Source of the DNA: Nageia nagi
Taxonomy: Eukaryota; Plantae; Pinophyta
Reading direction: 5' to 3'
DNA length: 64,000 bases
NCBI GenBank assembly: GCA_050084985.1
Contig: JBITNC010000001.1
Coordinates: forward strand, 94,736,001 to 94,800,000
In this document: piece by piece, positions 1 through 11,313 of the stretch
Layout: each line of letters starts with the position of its first letter
How positions within the stretch are numbered: the stretch's first letter is position 1
The notes under the pieces: model-generated
Told to the model about the DNA's origin: nothing
Databases searched by the model: none
What the model saw: the letters and a program-made list of their open reading frames with translations, nothing else
Position numbers and translations under genes: made by a program

Positions 1-700
1 TCTAGTGCACACTTCATTTATTTATCATTATATTTGAATAAATATCATCTTTGTAGAATTATTTTGTGTTTATATTTATTATTTACAAAATTTACCATCT
101 ACAAGAGTAATACATGATGTCTTTTGTAACAACTTTTCAATTATTTTATGTAAATATTCATCTTTATAATTGATAGCTTCTATTTTGGATTGAGGTAACA
201 TAGAATTCATAAAAGTACTTTCTAATTCATATTCAACAATGGTAATATTGTTTGCTATATTTTTCCATTTTTTCACAAAATCATTAACAATTTATTTATC
301 TTTTTTATTATGGTTGCATAAATTTCTAAATGCTACTTGTGTTTTGATATTATGCTTGAAATACGACATAAATTTAGAAAAAAATATATTTATAAGTATA
401 AATACTTCTTACATGAAGGGAATAATATTATTTCAATGCTTTACTTTTTATGCTAAATTATAAAATAATTTAGCAAGCATATCCTCATTAGTTATGTAAT
501 TAATAGTATCCTTTTTATATTCTTTTTGCATATACTTTGTGAAGGAGTTTACTTCTTTGTAAAGTTGAATGTTTTAAATATTTTATTTGGAATAGATGTT
601 GAAATTGTAATTTGGTGAAAAAAAGCCAAAATGGGTACAACATTTTTAAATTTTTCTTCATATGCATCTCCTCCTCTTCAATTTAGTTTTAATACTGGAT
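1..700 (-). mobile_element. Degenerate Ty3/gypsy gag (Retrotrans_gag-like) remnant
   Basis: Minus-strand reading with stops gives 'DMLAKLF*FSIKSKALK*YYSL..RSIYTY..IFSKF' then 'KKWKNIANNI..ELESTFMNSMLP', resembling the gypsy gag LF..SL.G.A..WY..L...SI pattern. Boundaries approximate. Confidence 0.5.
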
Positions 701-1988
701 AAATTATCATAAACTATGGTGGGTTTTAATAGGATCCCAAATCCTATCAAAATGGATTTTTCATATAGGCTCTCAAAATCTATTATATTGATAACAATTA
801 TTTTCTTACCCAACCACTATATGTATGTAGCTCAAATTTACCCATGCAACAAAATGAATCTCTAGGGTTTTAACTATCACCAAACCCATTACAATGCTTT
901 TTGTCAACAAACCATCACTTTGATGTAGCCAAAAAGAAATAAAAACAAACATCAAGGGTTTTATCAGAACCTAAAAACATCACCATGAATTAAAATCTAC
1001 ACAGTAACAAAATCAATCAAAATTCATAACTTCACTTAAAATCACCACTAGAATCAATAATACCTATAGGGCATAATGATTACTTCTCCTACTTCCCATT
1101 TATCATTTGTTTATGGCTAGGACAAGCATCCAACCATCTCTAATAATATTTGAACTATTGAATCATCTAATTACATACACACAACTATATGATGGTTAGT
1201 GGAGCCCTATGTTATGATTGAATCAACCTTCTTTCATGCCATTTATCATTTCACTTTGCAAATATAGGACCCTAACCATTTCCTACAAATTTCAATGCCT
1301 AATTATCAAATATGACTTCGGGCATGGGGAAGCTACCTATTATAACTAATTCCTCACCTCACCACGAATGCAATTTTATAATATCAAATATACCTAATTC
1401 ATTAATAAATCATAAATAAGGGAATCAACCTACCATCCAAACCACCTAAAATGCTATTTCCATCATCGAATATGCTTGTATTGCAATTAAATCATAAAAG
1501 AAGGCATCGAAAACTCATGCAAACAATCCAAAAATATCATCTATCTTCTTCAAGTTCCTACCTTAGTGAAGATTTTTATGGGGAAGGGCACATGTGTGAA
1601 ATGTAGATGTACCCACACCACTTATTTTTAAATTACAATGTATTGATAAAGATATTTAATTCTAAATATACTCCTTTTTGTTGTAGTATAAAAAAGATGT
1701 TTAACAAATTTACTATACAAATCTCCTTCAAGTGGATGAATAAGGATGCCATTCAATTTTCAACTACAACATCTAAACTTCAACACTCCAACACCTATAG
1801 TACCCTTTTGTAGTATCATTACTCCTCCAACAACTCCATGTAATTATCTTCTTCATGCATCTTCTTAGATTGTGAAGATATATAGTTTATATATAGAAAG
1901 ATCTACTAACTTGCTACTATTATTGCTATCATATATTCTTTCTTAGAGAGATTACCTTATACCTATGGAAATGTGGTATTGAGTGAGA

Positions 1989-2149
1989 TGCATGATTACC
2001 CAACCTTATTTTGTGAGTTGCCTATGGTGTGCATGATTACCCAACATTATTCCATGAATGCCCCATGGTGTGCTTGCTAACCTAACATTATTTTGTGAGT
2101 ACCTTATGGTGTGCATGCTTACCCAATATTATTTTGTGAGTGGCCCATG
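1989..2149. repeat. 41-bp tandem repeat x4
   Basis: Unit ~TGCATGATTACCCAACATTATTTTGTGAGTGCCCTATGGTG starts at 1989, 2030, 2071, 2112. The same array recurs at ~24817-24978. Confidence 0.85.
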
Positions 2150-2759
2150 TCATCACCTATCTCTCTCTTATAGATAACTTATTTTTTATCTTACATCGAT
2201 GCAATCTATAAATAATCCCAACTATGTAAATAATCCCATGAGGTTCATAAATGAGTCAATTTTGATTCACTTGTAGAGACTACAAGAGAAAATATTTGTA
2301 AATATCTAATCTTTAATGACGTTATTAGGGATCCTTGATATCTACCTAACCATTATATTTAGTTCAACATTACAATTAGAGTGGTGCATGAACTCATTAA
2401 TCCCACTAAATATCATAGCATATGTCTTTACTATATGGTAATGTTGAATACCATAGATTCTGTAAACCAATATATTTTGTATGTGAATAACCACCCATAT
2501 TGAATTTGTAAAGCATAAAGTATATAATAGTTTATTTAGATAAATATAGAGAATTAAATTTTAGTTTGATATTTATTGAATATATTTTCCTTTCAATTTA
2601 TTCTAGTGTTTATTCATGTATGAAAAACATATTCATTATGTTTTCCAATAGAAAAATGAATAAGCTTTTGAGGGTCTTTTCTTTATCTTTGCACATCACT
2701 TCATCATAAGTATTTCATATTTGGAATGCCCTTATTTTTTCTTTCTAATAATAAATTAC

Positions 2760-3248
2760 TGTTAGAATTTGTAATGAAATATTGTGAATATCTAAACTCC
2801 TTGTAAATTCAATTAATCACTTAAAGGATATTTAGATACCTTAAGGGATTAATTGAATTCTTTATTATGTAAACTTTGACCTTACCATGTGGTTAGTTGG
2901 TAGGTTAAAGTTAGGTAATATATTTATTGTAACCCTAACCTTACCTTTGGGTTAAAAGGAGGTTAGGGAGGTGCTCTCATGCTATAAATAGAGGGCCTCT
3001 CCTCTTGTAATATTACTTAGATTTTGAGTAAGATTACTCTACTAGTTTGTGTAGGAGAGAAAGGAATTGTAGTAAGAGGGTGCATAGTTTGAGAATTGAG
3101 ATCTAGTTGTGGATATACTCTCAAGGAGGGAGGAACCACTTATATTGGTGTCATCTTGTGTGAATGGTGTTATTAGCTTGTAGATGTTGAATGATTAAGT
3201 TTCCTATAGTATTGGACCTTGAGGATTAGTGTAGAACTAATTCCATCA
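2760..3248 (+). repeat. 5' LTR of copia element 1
   Basis: TG...CA ends, TATA box (CTATAAATA ~2982), matches 10826-11313. Confidence 0.96.
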
Positions 3249-3250
3249 AT

Positions 3251-3262
3251 TGGTATCAGAGC
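3251..3262 (+). promoter_or_regulatory. Primer binding site (tRNA-iMet) of element 1
   Basis: TGGTATCAGAGC, 2 nt after the LTR end; canonical plant initiator-Met PBS. Confidence 0.95.
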
Positions 3263-6175
3263 TTGGTGTGGAAGCTCCTTCAACATTCTTTGAAACTTCT
3301 TCAATTTGGAGGTCTCCATTTCTCATCTTCTTACATTGTTGAGGTAAAACATAATAGAAGGTATACATTTTTTACCTTCTTGGTTAATTATTGAATAATT
3401 GTATTTTACTACTAACATATTGTGTGCTATATGTTGACTATTGTTGAGCTAAATATGATTAACAATTTTTGATACTAACCTCTTTTGTGAATAGCTTTTT
3501 TTTGCAAATTGATTATTTGCTCATTATTTAAGAGGATACTATACAAAAATTAAGTTGAGGAATTTTTTTCCTTATGAAGAAGATAATTTTTTTAACCTTT
3601 TTTTGTTAATAAAAATGGGTAATTTCTTTTGTGAGAGGGAGAAATTTCAATTTTTTATTTTATTTGCAACTTTATATATATTTATATATATAAACATTTT
3701 TTAAAAGGAGGAATACAATATTAAAATTAGTATTGGTTTGATCATTGTTGGTTTAATTTAAAAAAAAAATATGTAAACAAATCATTATTGAGATCTTTTT
3801 TGCTAGGTGAATTTTGTTACAAACTGTGAATCTTTGGCTCCGACATCTTTAGAGCATCCTGCTTCACCCCCTTGGGTGATGCCATCTGTCCCTTAAACTT
3901 GGCTTTACAAGCCTCCACATCAGCTGATCTAGCTGGCACAGCCACAAGAGAAGGCAAAGGCTTCCCTGGAAACACCCACTACCCGAAAAATCCCACCTTT
4001 CGATTCTCCATAGCCTTGAAAAAGCCTTGCTTCTTTACCTAATAATTCCCTGACGTTGCCCAGAAGGGATACTCTGGTGGTAGGTTTTCCTCCCTGGGAT
4101 AGTTAAGAAAAATTTTCTTCTCCACCACGACCCACCGAGGAGGATTCAATAAACAAAGTTCAGAAGTGGCAGAAGAGGAAGTCGAGGTGAAGCCTAGCTC
4201 ATCCATTGATGGCACGGATCAAACTGGTGACCTCACCCCGGGCAACCCAAGGTGGAACTCCATTTCCTTCAGATTCTATTGCTCTCCTCCCTTCCCATCA
4301 CCATAATAGAAACCCCTCCTCCACGCTACCGCAAAACCTCATCTTTGCTTGTAACTCTGCGTGCCTGGGTTGCACCTTCTCTCTCCTCCCTCACCAGCTG
4401 GGCCCCTTTTTTTGGTGGCTGTAGTGGTCACACATGCCTTTGCTATGCCTTCTCCTTCCTCCCTCACCAGTTGCACCCTTGGCAGAGCCCCTTCCTTTTT
4501 TGATCTAGTTGTGCCTCTTCCCTAAGCCTTCTCCTCATGTTGCTCCCTCGCTGACTGCGCCCTTGGCAGCGCCCCTTTTTTTTTCCTTTTTTTTACATAT
4601 CTATCAACATTTTTGTTACCTCTCTTCATTAAAAATAAAAACAAAACAACAAACTTTTCAACAACTTCTTGTTGGATGAGAGACAATGCATTAATTTTTG
4701 AGTTGGAAATTTTTTTTATTCTTTGCAAAGTCTCTCTAATGCTTTAATTTTTTGGTAAGAAGCATTAATTATTTGAAGTCAAACCTTGTTGGATAGAAGT
4801 TTTTTTTTCCAAAAATAAGGCTAATTTAATTTTGTTGAGCATGATAGTCAATCCTCATAAAGTTTTGATAGGTAAACACCTTACCTCTTGCAAGATCTGG
4901 TTGTTCAAAAATTAAAGTCTCTTTTCTCCATAAGTTTTATGAGCATGATATTTTTCTTACCTAAAAGAGGAAATTTTTTGGAGCTACATGATCAAGTATT
5001 TCTAAAATTTTCTTTCTTTAAGTTCAAATTAAATGCTTATAGTACCTTTTTTAAGTAAGAAGGGGGAGAATTTAGTGCCTTTTTTGAAGTCATTAAATGT
5101 CAAGTTTATTAATGCTTAACTTATGCATTTTTTTTAATTCTCTAAATGCTTAAACTAATGCTAAAGTAGGACTTAAGCATTGTCTATGAATTCATAATTT
5201 ATGCCAAGTATGAATGGACTTATTCATTAAATGTTAAGTTATGAATAAACCCTAGGCATTCTTTGCTAAGTGATTTATGGCATTTCTTTTTACTAGTCAT
5301 GAGTAGGACTTAGAACATTTAAAAATGAATTCATGCTAAGTATAGAAATTATGCAATTTTTTTTTTTTAAATTAATGAATGGATTAAATGCTAAGTAGGA
5401 CTTAGCCCTTTTAAATTCATTAAAGTGTTGAATGAATTTATGAACTTGAGCAAGTATGCAAAATGTAAAAATGTCCTTTAGGGGTTAGTACAAAACCCAT
5501 TGGACTCTTATATTTCAAGTTCTTATGGATGATGTATTTTTAATTCTTTACTTTATATTTTTGCATAATTTCTTTATACTTGCAAAACATAAAATATTGA
5601 AAGTAACCCCTAAAATGAACACATCTGTACGTACTTTTCCATAACATGACTTGTTTGGGAGCCATGAGGGGAGGACAGGGTAGACTGAGCCTTTTTAGTC
5701 TGAAGAACCAAGTGGTGGTAAATCCATCTTAATTACCCCTAAGACCTCTTTGGATTGGACATAACTCTATTAGGTGGATAGGCATGTGTGTAGTGATACC
5801 ACATATCCGCACGTCCATTCAGGGATTATCTTGATAACCTAGGAGGAAAACCTGAAAACCTTAAACAAGATAATTAAACTAGTCGGTCTAACATATGTTG
5901 GATCCTTGGAAAATAGTTGGTACTTCTCCTTGAGAGAGTATATTACTGACCAAGGTGAACTGGTTGAGGACTGGTAGTACTTGGACTCCACTTTATGGGC
6001 ATCCAGGTGAAGGCCTAATTTTATACAAGAAAACAACCTCAACTTTATCCTTCTATGGATCTTGGTTTATAAGTTTGCACATGTGGGACATGTTTACTTA
6101 TCAATATTTGATTTGTATAGATGTTAAATTGTAGAAATTTATTCATTCTTCTTGCTTATTTACTTTTGTGTAGCA

Positions 6176-9100
6176 ATGGTTGAAACCTTCATACCCAAGC
6201 ATATACTGATGGTTCCAACTTTGGCATATGGGAACCTCGTATGAAAGCTGAGTTACAAGCAAGGAAGCTATGGCAGATAGTTAATGAAGACTTGGTTGCT
6301 CCTACAGATGAGAAGGCTCTTGAAATCTACAACTCAAAGAATGAGTTAGCAACTTCAATGATTTATCATGCAGTTTTAGATGACGTACTTCTCATGATCT
6401 CTTCTTCAACATCAGCAAAGGAAGCTTGGGATAGGCTGAAGAAAATTTATCTTAGGTCAAAATTTTCAAGGAGGTTCACTATTTTACAAAAGTTGTTGCA
6501 ATATCATCAAGGTGAATATGAAAGTCTTCTATTTACTTGAACAAAATCATTGACCTCAGGACACAACTGGTTGGCTGTGGGTGTAACTGGATCAATGATG
6601 AGTTATAGTCTTCATCATTCTTCAAAGCCTTTCTACAAAGTTTAGTAACTTTGTCACGATTATGGAAACTAAGCTCGATGATGAAGAAGATGTCATCTCT
6701 CTTGATAACCTTTCTAGACTCCTTCTAAGCATGAAGAAACTTTGAATAAGAAAATGTTGAACTTTTCTCCAAAGGACAATAACATTGCTCTAGGAGCAAC
6801 CAAAACTCCTTTCAAGAAGAAGTCCAATCATTATAAATCCAAAGATAACAAATCCTCACTTACCTTTAGGAAGCATGAGAAAAAGGGCAACAATAATGGC
6901 AACTTCAAGCAAAGGAATGACAAAGCTGGATCACACAATCCAAAACCTAAGGAAAAGTTTGATGGAAATTATAACTTATGTGGCATCTTTGGTCACAAAG
7001 AGTATGATTTTCATAAAAAGAAATTTGCTGAAAAAGGTAAGGGAAATGCAAATGTAAAAAATTTCAATAATAAAAAGAAGAACAAGCATGCTGCTACTAT
7101 TGCCTACTACTCATGACTCAAACTATTTCAAATGATGGGATTGTTGATTCAGGATGCACTAATCACATGTGTTATGAAAAGGATAAGTTTGAAAACTTTC
7201 ATAAGTACAAGAAGGATGCAGTTGTGATAGGTGATAATTCAGTCCTTGATGTTCAAGGAATAGGGAGTGTGAAGATTCATGGAAAGGTTCTTGATAATGT
7301 CTTTTATGTGCCTAAACTAAGGATGAATCTTATCTCTGTAATTCAAATTAGAAGGAAAGGATACTCATTTGATTTTACCTCACACTCCTGGTGTGTTAAG
7401 AAAGGACTTGCCACCTTGATGAAAGGATCATAAAGGATGACCTTTATATTGTGAATCAAGTTCCTTCAAAGATGTGTCTTGCTGCAAATTTTATTCAAAG
7501 GGTAATCTTTGGCATCAACGATTAGGGCACCTTAACCACAAGAGTATTCAAGATATGAAAAATCAAGAACTTATGAAAGATTTACCTAATATTTCACCCA
7601 TAATTAGTCTCTGTGAAAGGTGCATTCTAAAAAGATGAATAGGCAAAAGTTTGAAAAAGATAAGGCAACTTGGGCTACTCATCCTCTTCAACTTGTGCAT
7701 TCAGATTTGATGGGTCCATTTCAGACTAAGTCTCTAGGGGGAGCTTCTTATGTTCTGACCTTCATTAATGACTTTAGCAGGATGACATTTGGTTATCTAC
7801 TTGAGCACAAGGATCAAACTTTTGATAGGTTTAAAGACTTCAAGGCTCTTGTTGAAAATCAAACTGAATTTTAAGATCAAGATGTTGAGATCTATAATGG
7901 GGGTGAGTATAATAGCAATGAGTTTAACGACTATTGTGTTAAACATGGGATCAAGCGCAATTCACAATCCCTTACACCCCTCAACAAAATGGAGTTACTG
8001 AAAGGAAGAATCGAACCATTATGGAAATGGCAAGGTGCATGTTGGGTAACCTTCCTAGTTTCTTATGAGGTGAAGCTGTTCACACTGCTATTCACACCCT
8101 AAATAGGTATCCTACTAAAGCAGTTGAAGGTAAAACTTTGTATGAAGCATGGACAAGAAAGAAACCTAACATATCACACTTTACGATCTTCGGTTGTGAT
8201 GCATTTGCCTTCATTACCTCAGAGAAAATAAAGAAGTTGGATAAAAGATCAGAAAAATGCATCTTTGTGGGGTATGATAATTCAGCATAGAGGTTACAGG
8301 CTCTACTCCTCATCCCATAAATAGTCTTTATTTCTAGGGATGTCAAGTTCAATAAACTTTCTAAGATACAACTTCTCATGCTGAGGTGTCTGATTCAGAT
8401 GATTCTTCAGCTGCACCTAACTAGTTGGATGATCATGTAGGGAAGTCACCACAAGAGCAAAATTCTCCAGCTCAAAGAATTACAAGAAGTATGACCTTGA
8501 ATAAATCTTTATTTTCCAAAATTGATAATAGAATGAGCCATCAACCTTCAAAGAAGCTTCCAAGCAAGAGTGTTGGATGGAAGCTATGAAAGTTGAGTAT
8601 GAGGCACTCGTGAAAAATGAAACTTGGGATTTGGTTCCTTATCTCAATGAGAATAATGTGATTGGAAATAAATGGATATACAAGGTCAAGTACAATTTTG
8701 ATGGAGAAATTGAAAAATACAAAGCAAGGTTAGTGGCCAAAGGATTCGCTCAGAAATATGGTATTGATTATGAGGAAACCTTTGCTCTGTGGCTAAGATG
8801 CCTACTGTCAGATAATCCTTGCTCTTTTTGTAGCTCAAGGATGGAAAGTTTTTCAACTTGATGTCAAGAGTGCATTTCTCAATGGTGACTTGGATGTAGA
8901 AATCTACATGAATCAACAGAAAGATTTATTCCAAAGGTAAAGAGTCTTTTGTGTGCAAGCTAAAGAAGTCTTTGTATGGACTTAAGCAAGCACCTAGAGC
9001 ATGGTACAAGAAAATTTTAGGATTCTTTGCAGATATTGATTTTTCCAAGTGCTTCTTTGACTCAGATCTCTATGTACTCAATCAAGGAAAAGATGTGGTC

Positions 9101-10071
9101 TTAATTCTCCTTTATGTGGATGATCTTCTCATAACTAGTAATCATATTGAAATCATCCATGAATGCATATCCAAACTAAAGGCAACATTTGAAATGATTG
9201 ATCTAGATCAATTGCATTACTATCTTGGGGTGAAGTATACCAACACAAAGATTATACTTATCTTAGTCAATCTAAGTATATATCAGAATCTTGCAAAAGT
9301 TTGGAATGGAGGAGTGTAGATATGTTGTAATACCTATTTCTCCTAGAATCATTGTATCTCTAACTTAGATTCTTAGTTGGCTGATGCTACAGCTTATAGA
9401 CAATTGATCAGTAGTCTTCTGTATCTGACTATCTCTCAACCTGATATTGCCTTTGCAGTGAATCTGATGGCATGATTCATGCAAAAACCATATGTTGAGC
9501 ACCTCAATGCTGTTAAGCAAATCTTGAGGTATGTGGCAAGGATAAAGGATCTTGCTCTTAAGTATTCCAAAGTGCCCTCGATTGTTCTCTCTAGGTTCTC
9601 AAATTCTAATTATGGGGGAGATAGAGATGACAGAAAATCAACCTCTGCATATGTGTTCAGCATTGGTTCTGATGCTATCTCTTGGGCTTCCAAGAAGCAA
9701 CCTATTGTGACTCTTTCTACCACCGAAGCTGAATATGAGCCATGTTATTCCGCCCAAGAAGCTATTTGGCTAAGGCATCTTCTAAATGAAATTGGGTATG
9801 AGCAAAATGGCCCATCTCTTATTTCTTCAAATAATCAATCGGCTATCTCTTTGGCTAAGAATCCTATGTTCCATCAGAGAACCAAACATGTGGAAATCCA
9901 AGCCCATTTTATCAGGGAGAAGGTTCTAGATGACATCATACACTTGGAGTATTTCCATCTACTGTAAACTCTGCTAATTTATTCACCAAGCCCCTTCTTG
10001 AAGCTCAGTTCAGCAAGCTTAGGGATTCTCTTGGGTTGGTGAAGTTGCCCTCAAGGGGGAGTGAAGTTTGA
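6176..10071 (+). pseudogene. copia gag-pol polyprotein of element 1, broken by many frameshifts
   Basis: ORF pieces carry gag (LQARKLWQIV, SAKEAWDRLKK), a zinc knuckle relic (CGIFGHKE), protease VDSGCTNHM, integrase HQRLGH and PLQLVHSDLMGP, RT LKKSLYGLKQAPRAW and LYVDD, RNase H SWASKKQ and FHQRTKHVEIQAHFIRE. Ends ...LPSRGSEV*. Confidence 0.93.
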
Positions 10072-10816
10072 ACTTTTGTTAGTGATGACAACTTCACCTC
10101 TAAGAGGCCCTTTTTTTTTGTTGTTGTTATATAGTGTTGATTATGATATACCTCCATGGTAAGTTTGCTCTATGTGAGGAACTTCTTTTACATTTTATAC
10201 CTCCATGGTAAGTTTGCTCTAATGAGAAACTTGTTGTACAAATTTTTGAGCATATAATTGATCAATCAGTTTCATTGTTCAAGTATTCATATGAGAAGAT
10301 CTGGTATGTGTCTTTAGGCATTGTACAGTCATCTATATGTTATGCTCTATTAATAATCAACACATTTCTATATACAACAGGTGACTATGAGTGATGGCTT
10401 GGCATCTCCGTGATGACTTATAGTGCACCATTGATCAGTTATTTATAAGATGGCATTATTTGATTCTCTTATTAATAAAATGAATATATGATGCATCTAA
10501 CTGATGTTGTTCATGAGTTGCTTGTAGCATGTAGGATCTTCTTCAAAAATGTAGGTTACTCACCTTGTGTAAGCAAGCTCATGGAGACTCACATGTCAGC
10601 TTAAAGTTGATTGACTACTATGTACAGTGAAACCAGTTGTGGTTAATGATTGTATTGTAAACCATTTTGTCAAATGGTATGTAGTGAGTCTCAAACTAGT
10701 TCTCAAAAAGATTCTCAAATATGTAAATGTTCTCATCTTTGCTTGTATCTCTATGGAGGAGAACTCTCTCTTACTCTCTCTCTTCTCTCTTCTACGCTCT
10801 ATCCCAATATTGCATT

Positions 10817-10825
10817 AAGGGGGAG
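10817..10825 (+). promoter_or_regulatory. Polypurine tract of element 1
   Basis: AAGGGGGAG immediately before the 3' LTR TG. Confidence 0.92.
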
Positions 10826-11313
10826 TGTTAGAATTTGTAATGAAATATTGTGAATATCTAAACTCCTTGTAAATTCAATTAATCACTTAAAGGATATTTA
10901 GATACCTTAAGGGATTAATTGAATTCTTTATTATGTAAACTTTGACCTTACCATGTGGTTAGTTGGTAGGTTAAAGTTAGGTAATATATTTATTGTAACC
11001 CTAACCTTACCCTTGGGTTAAAGGAAGGTTAGGGAGGTGCTCTCATGCTATAAATAGAGGGCCTCTCCTCCTGTAATATTACTTAGATTTTGAGTAAGAT
11101 TACTCTACTAGTTTGTGTAGGAGAGAAAGGAATTGTAGTAAGAGGGTGCATAGTTTGAGAATTGAGATCTAGTTGTGGATGTACTCCTAAGGAGGGAGGA
11201 ACCACTTATATTGGTGTTATCTTGTGTGAATGGTGTTATTAGCTTGTAGATGTTGAATGATTAAGTTTCCCATAGTCTTGACCTTGAGGATTAGTGTAGA
11301 ACTAATTCCATCA
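10826..11313 (+). repeat. 3' LTR of copia element 1
   Basis: Direct repeat of 2760-3248, followed by TSD ATTAC. Confidence 0.96.

Larger units (their letters stand above)
2760..11313 (+). mobile_element. Full-length Ty1/copia LTR retrotransposon (element 1, 8554 bp)
   Basis: LTRs TGTTAG...CCATCA at 2760-3248 and 10826-11313 (~10 substitutions + 1 indel, ~98%). 5-bp TSD ATTAC at 2755-2759 and 11314-11318. PBS after the 5' LTR, PPT before the 3' LTR. Domain order gag-PR-IN-RT-RH. Confidence 0.97.

Noticed and set aside
10072-10825. env-like ORF between pol and the 3' LTR (Sirevirus-type)
   Set aside because: Only short ORFs (63-76 aa) that are not convincingly conserved as protein between elements 1 and 2; too short for an env-like gene.
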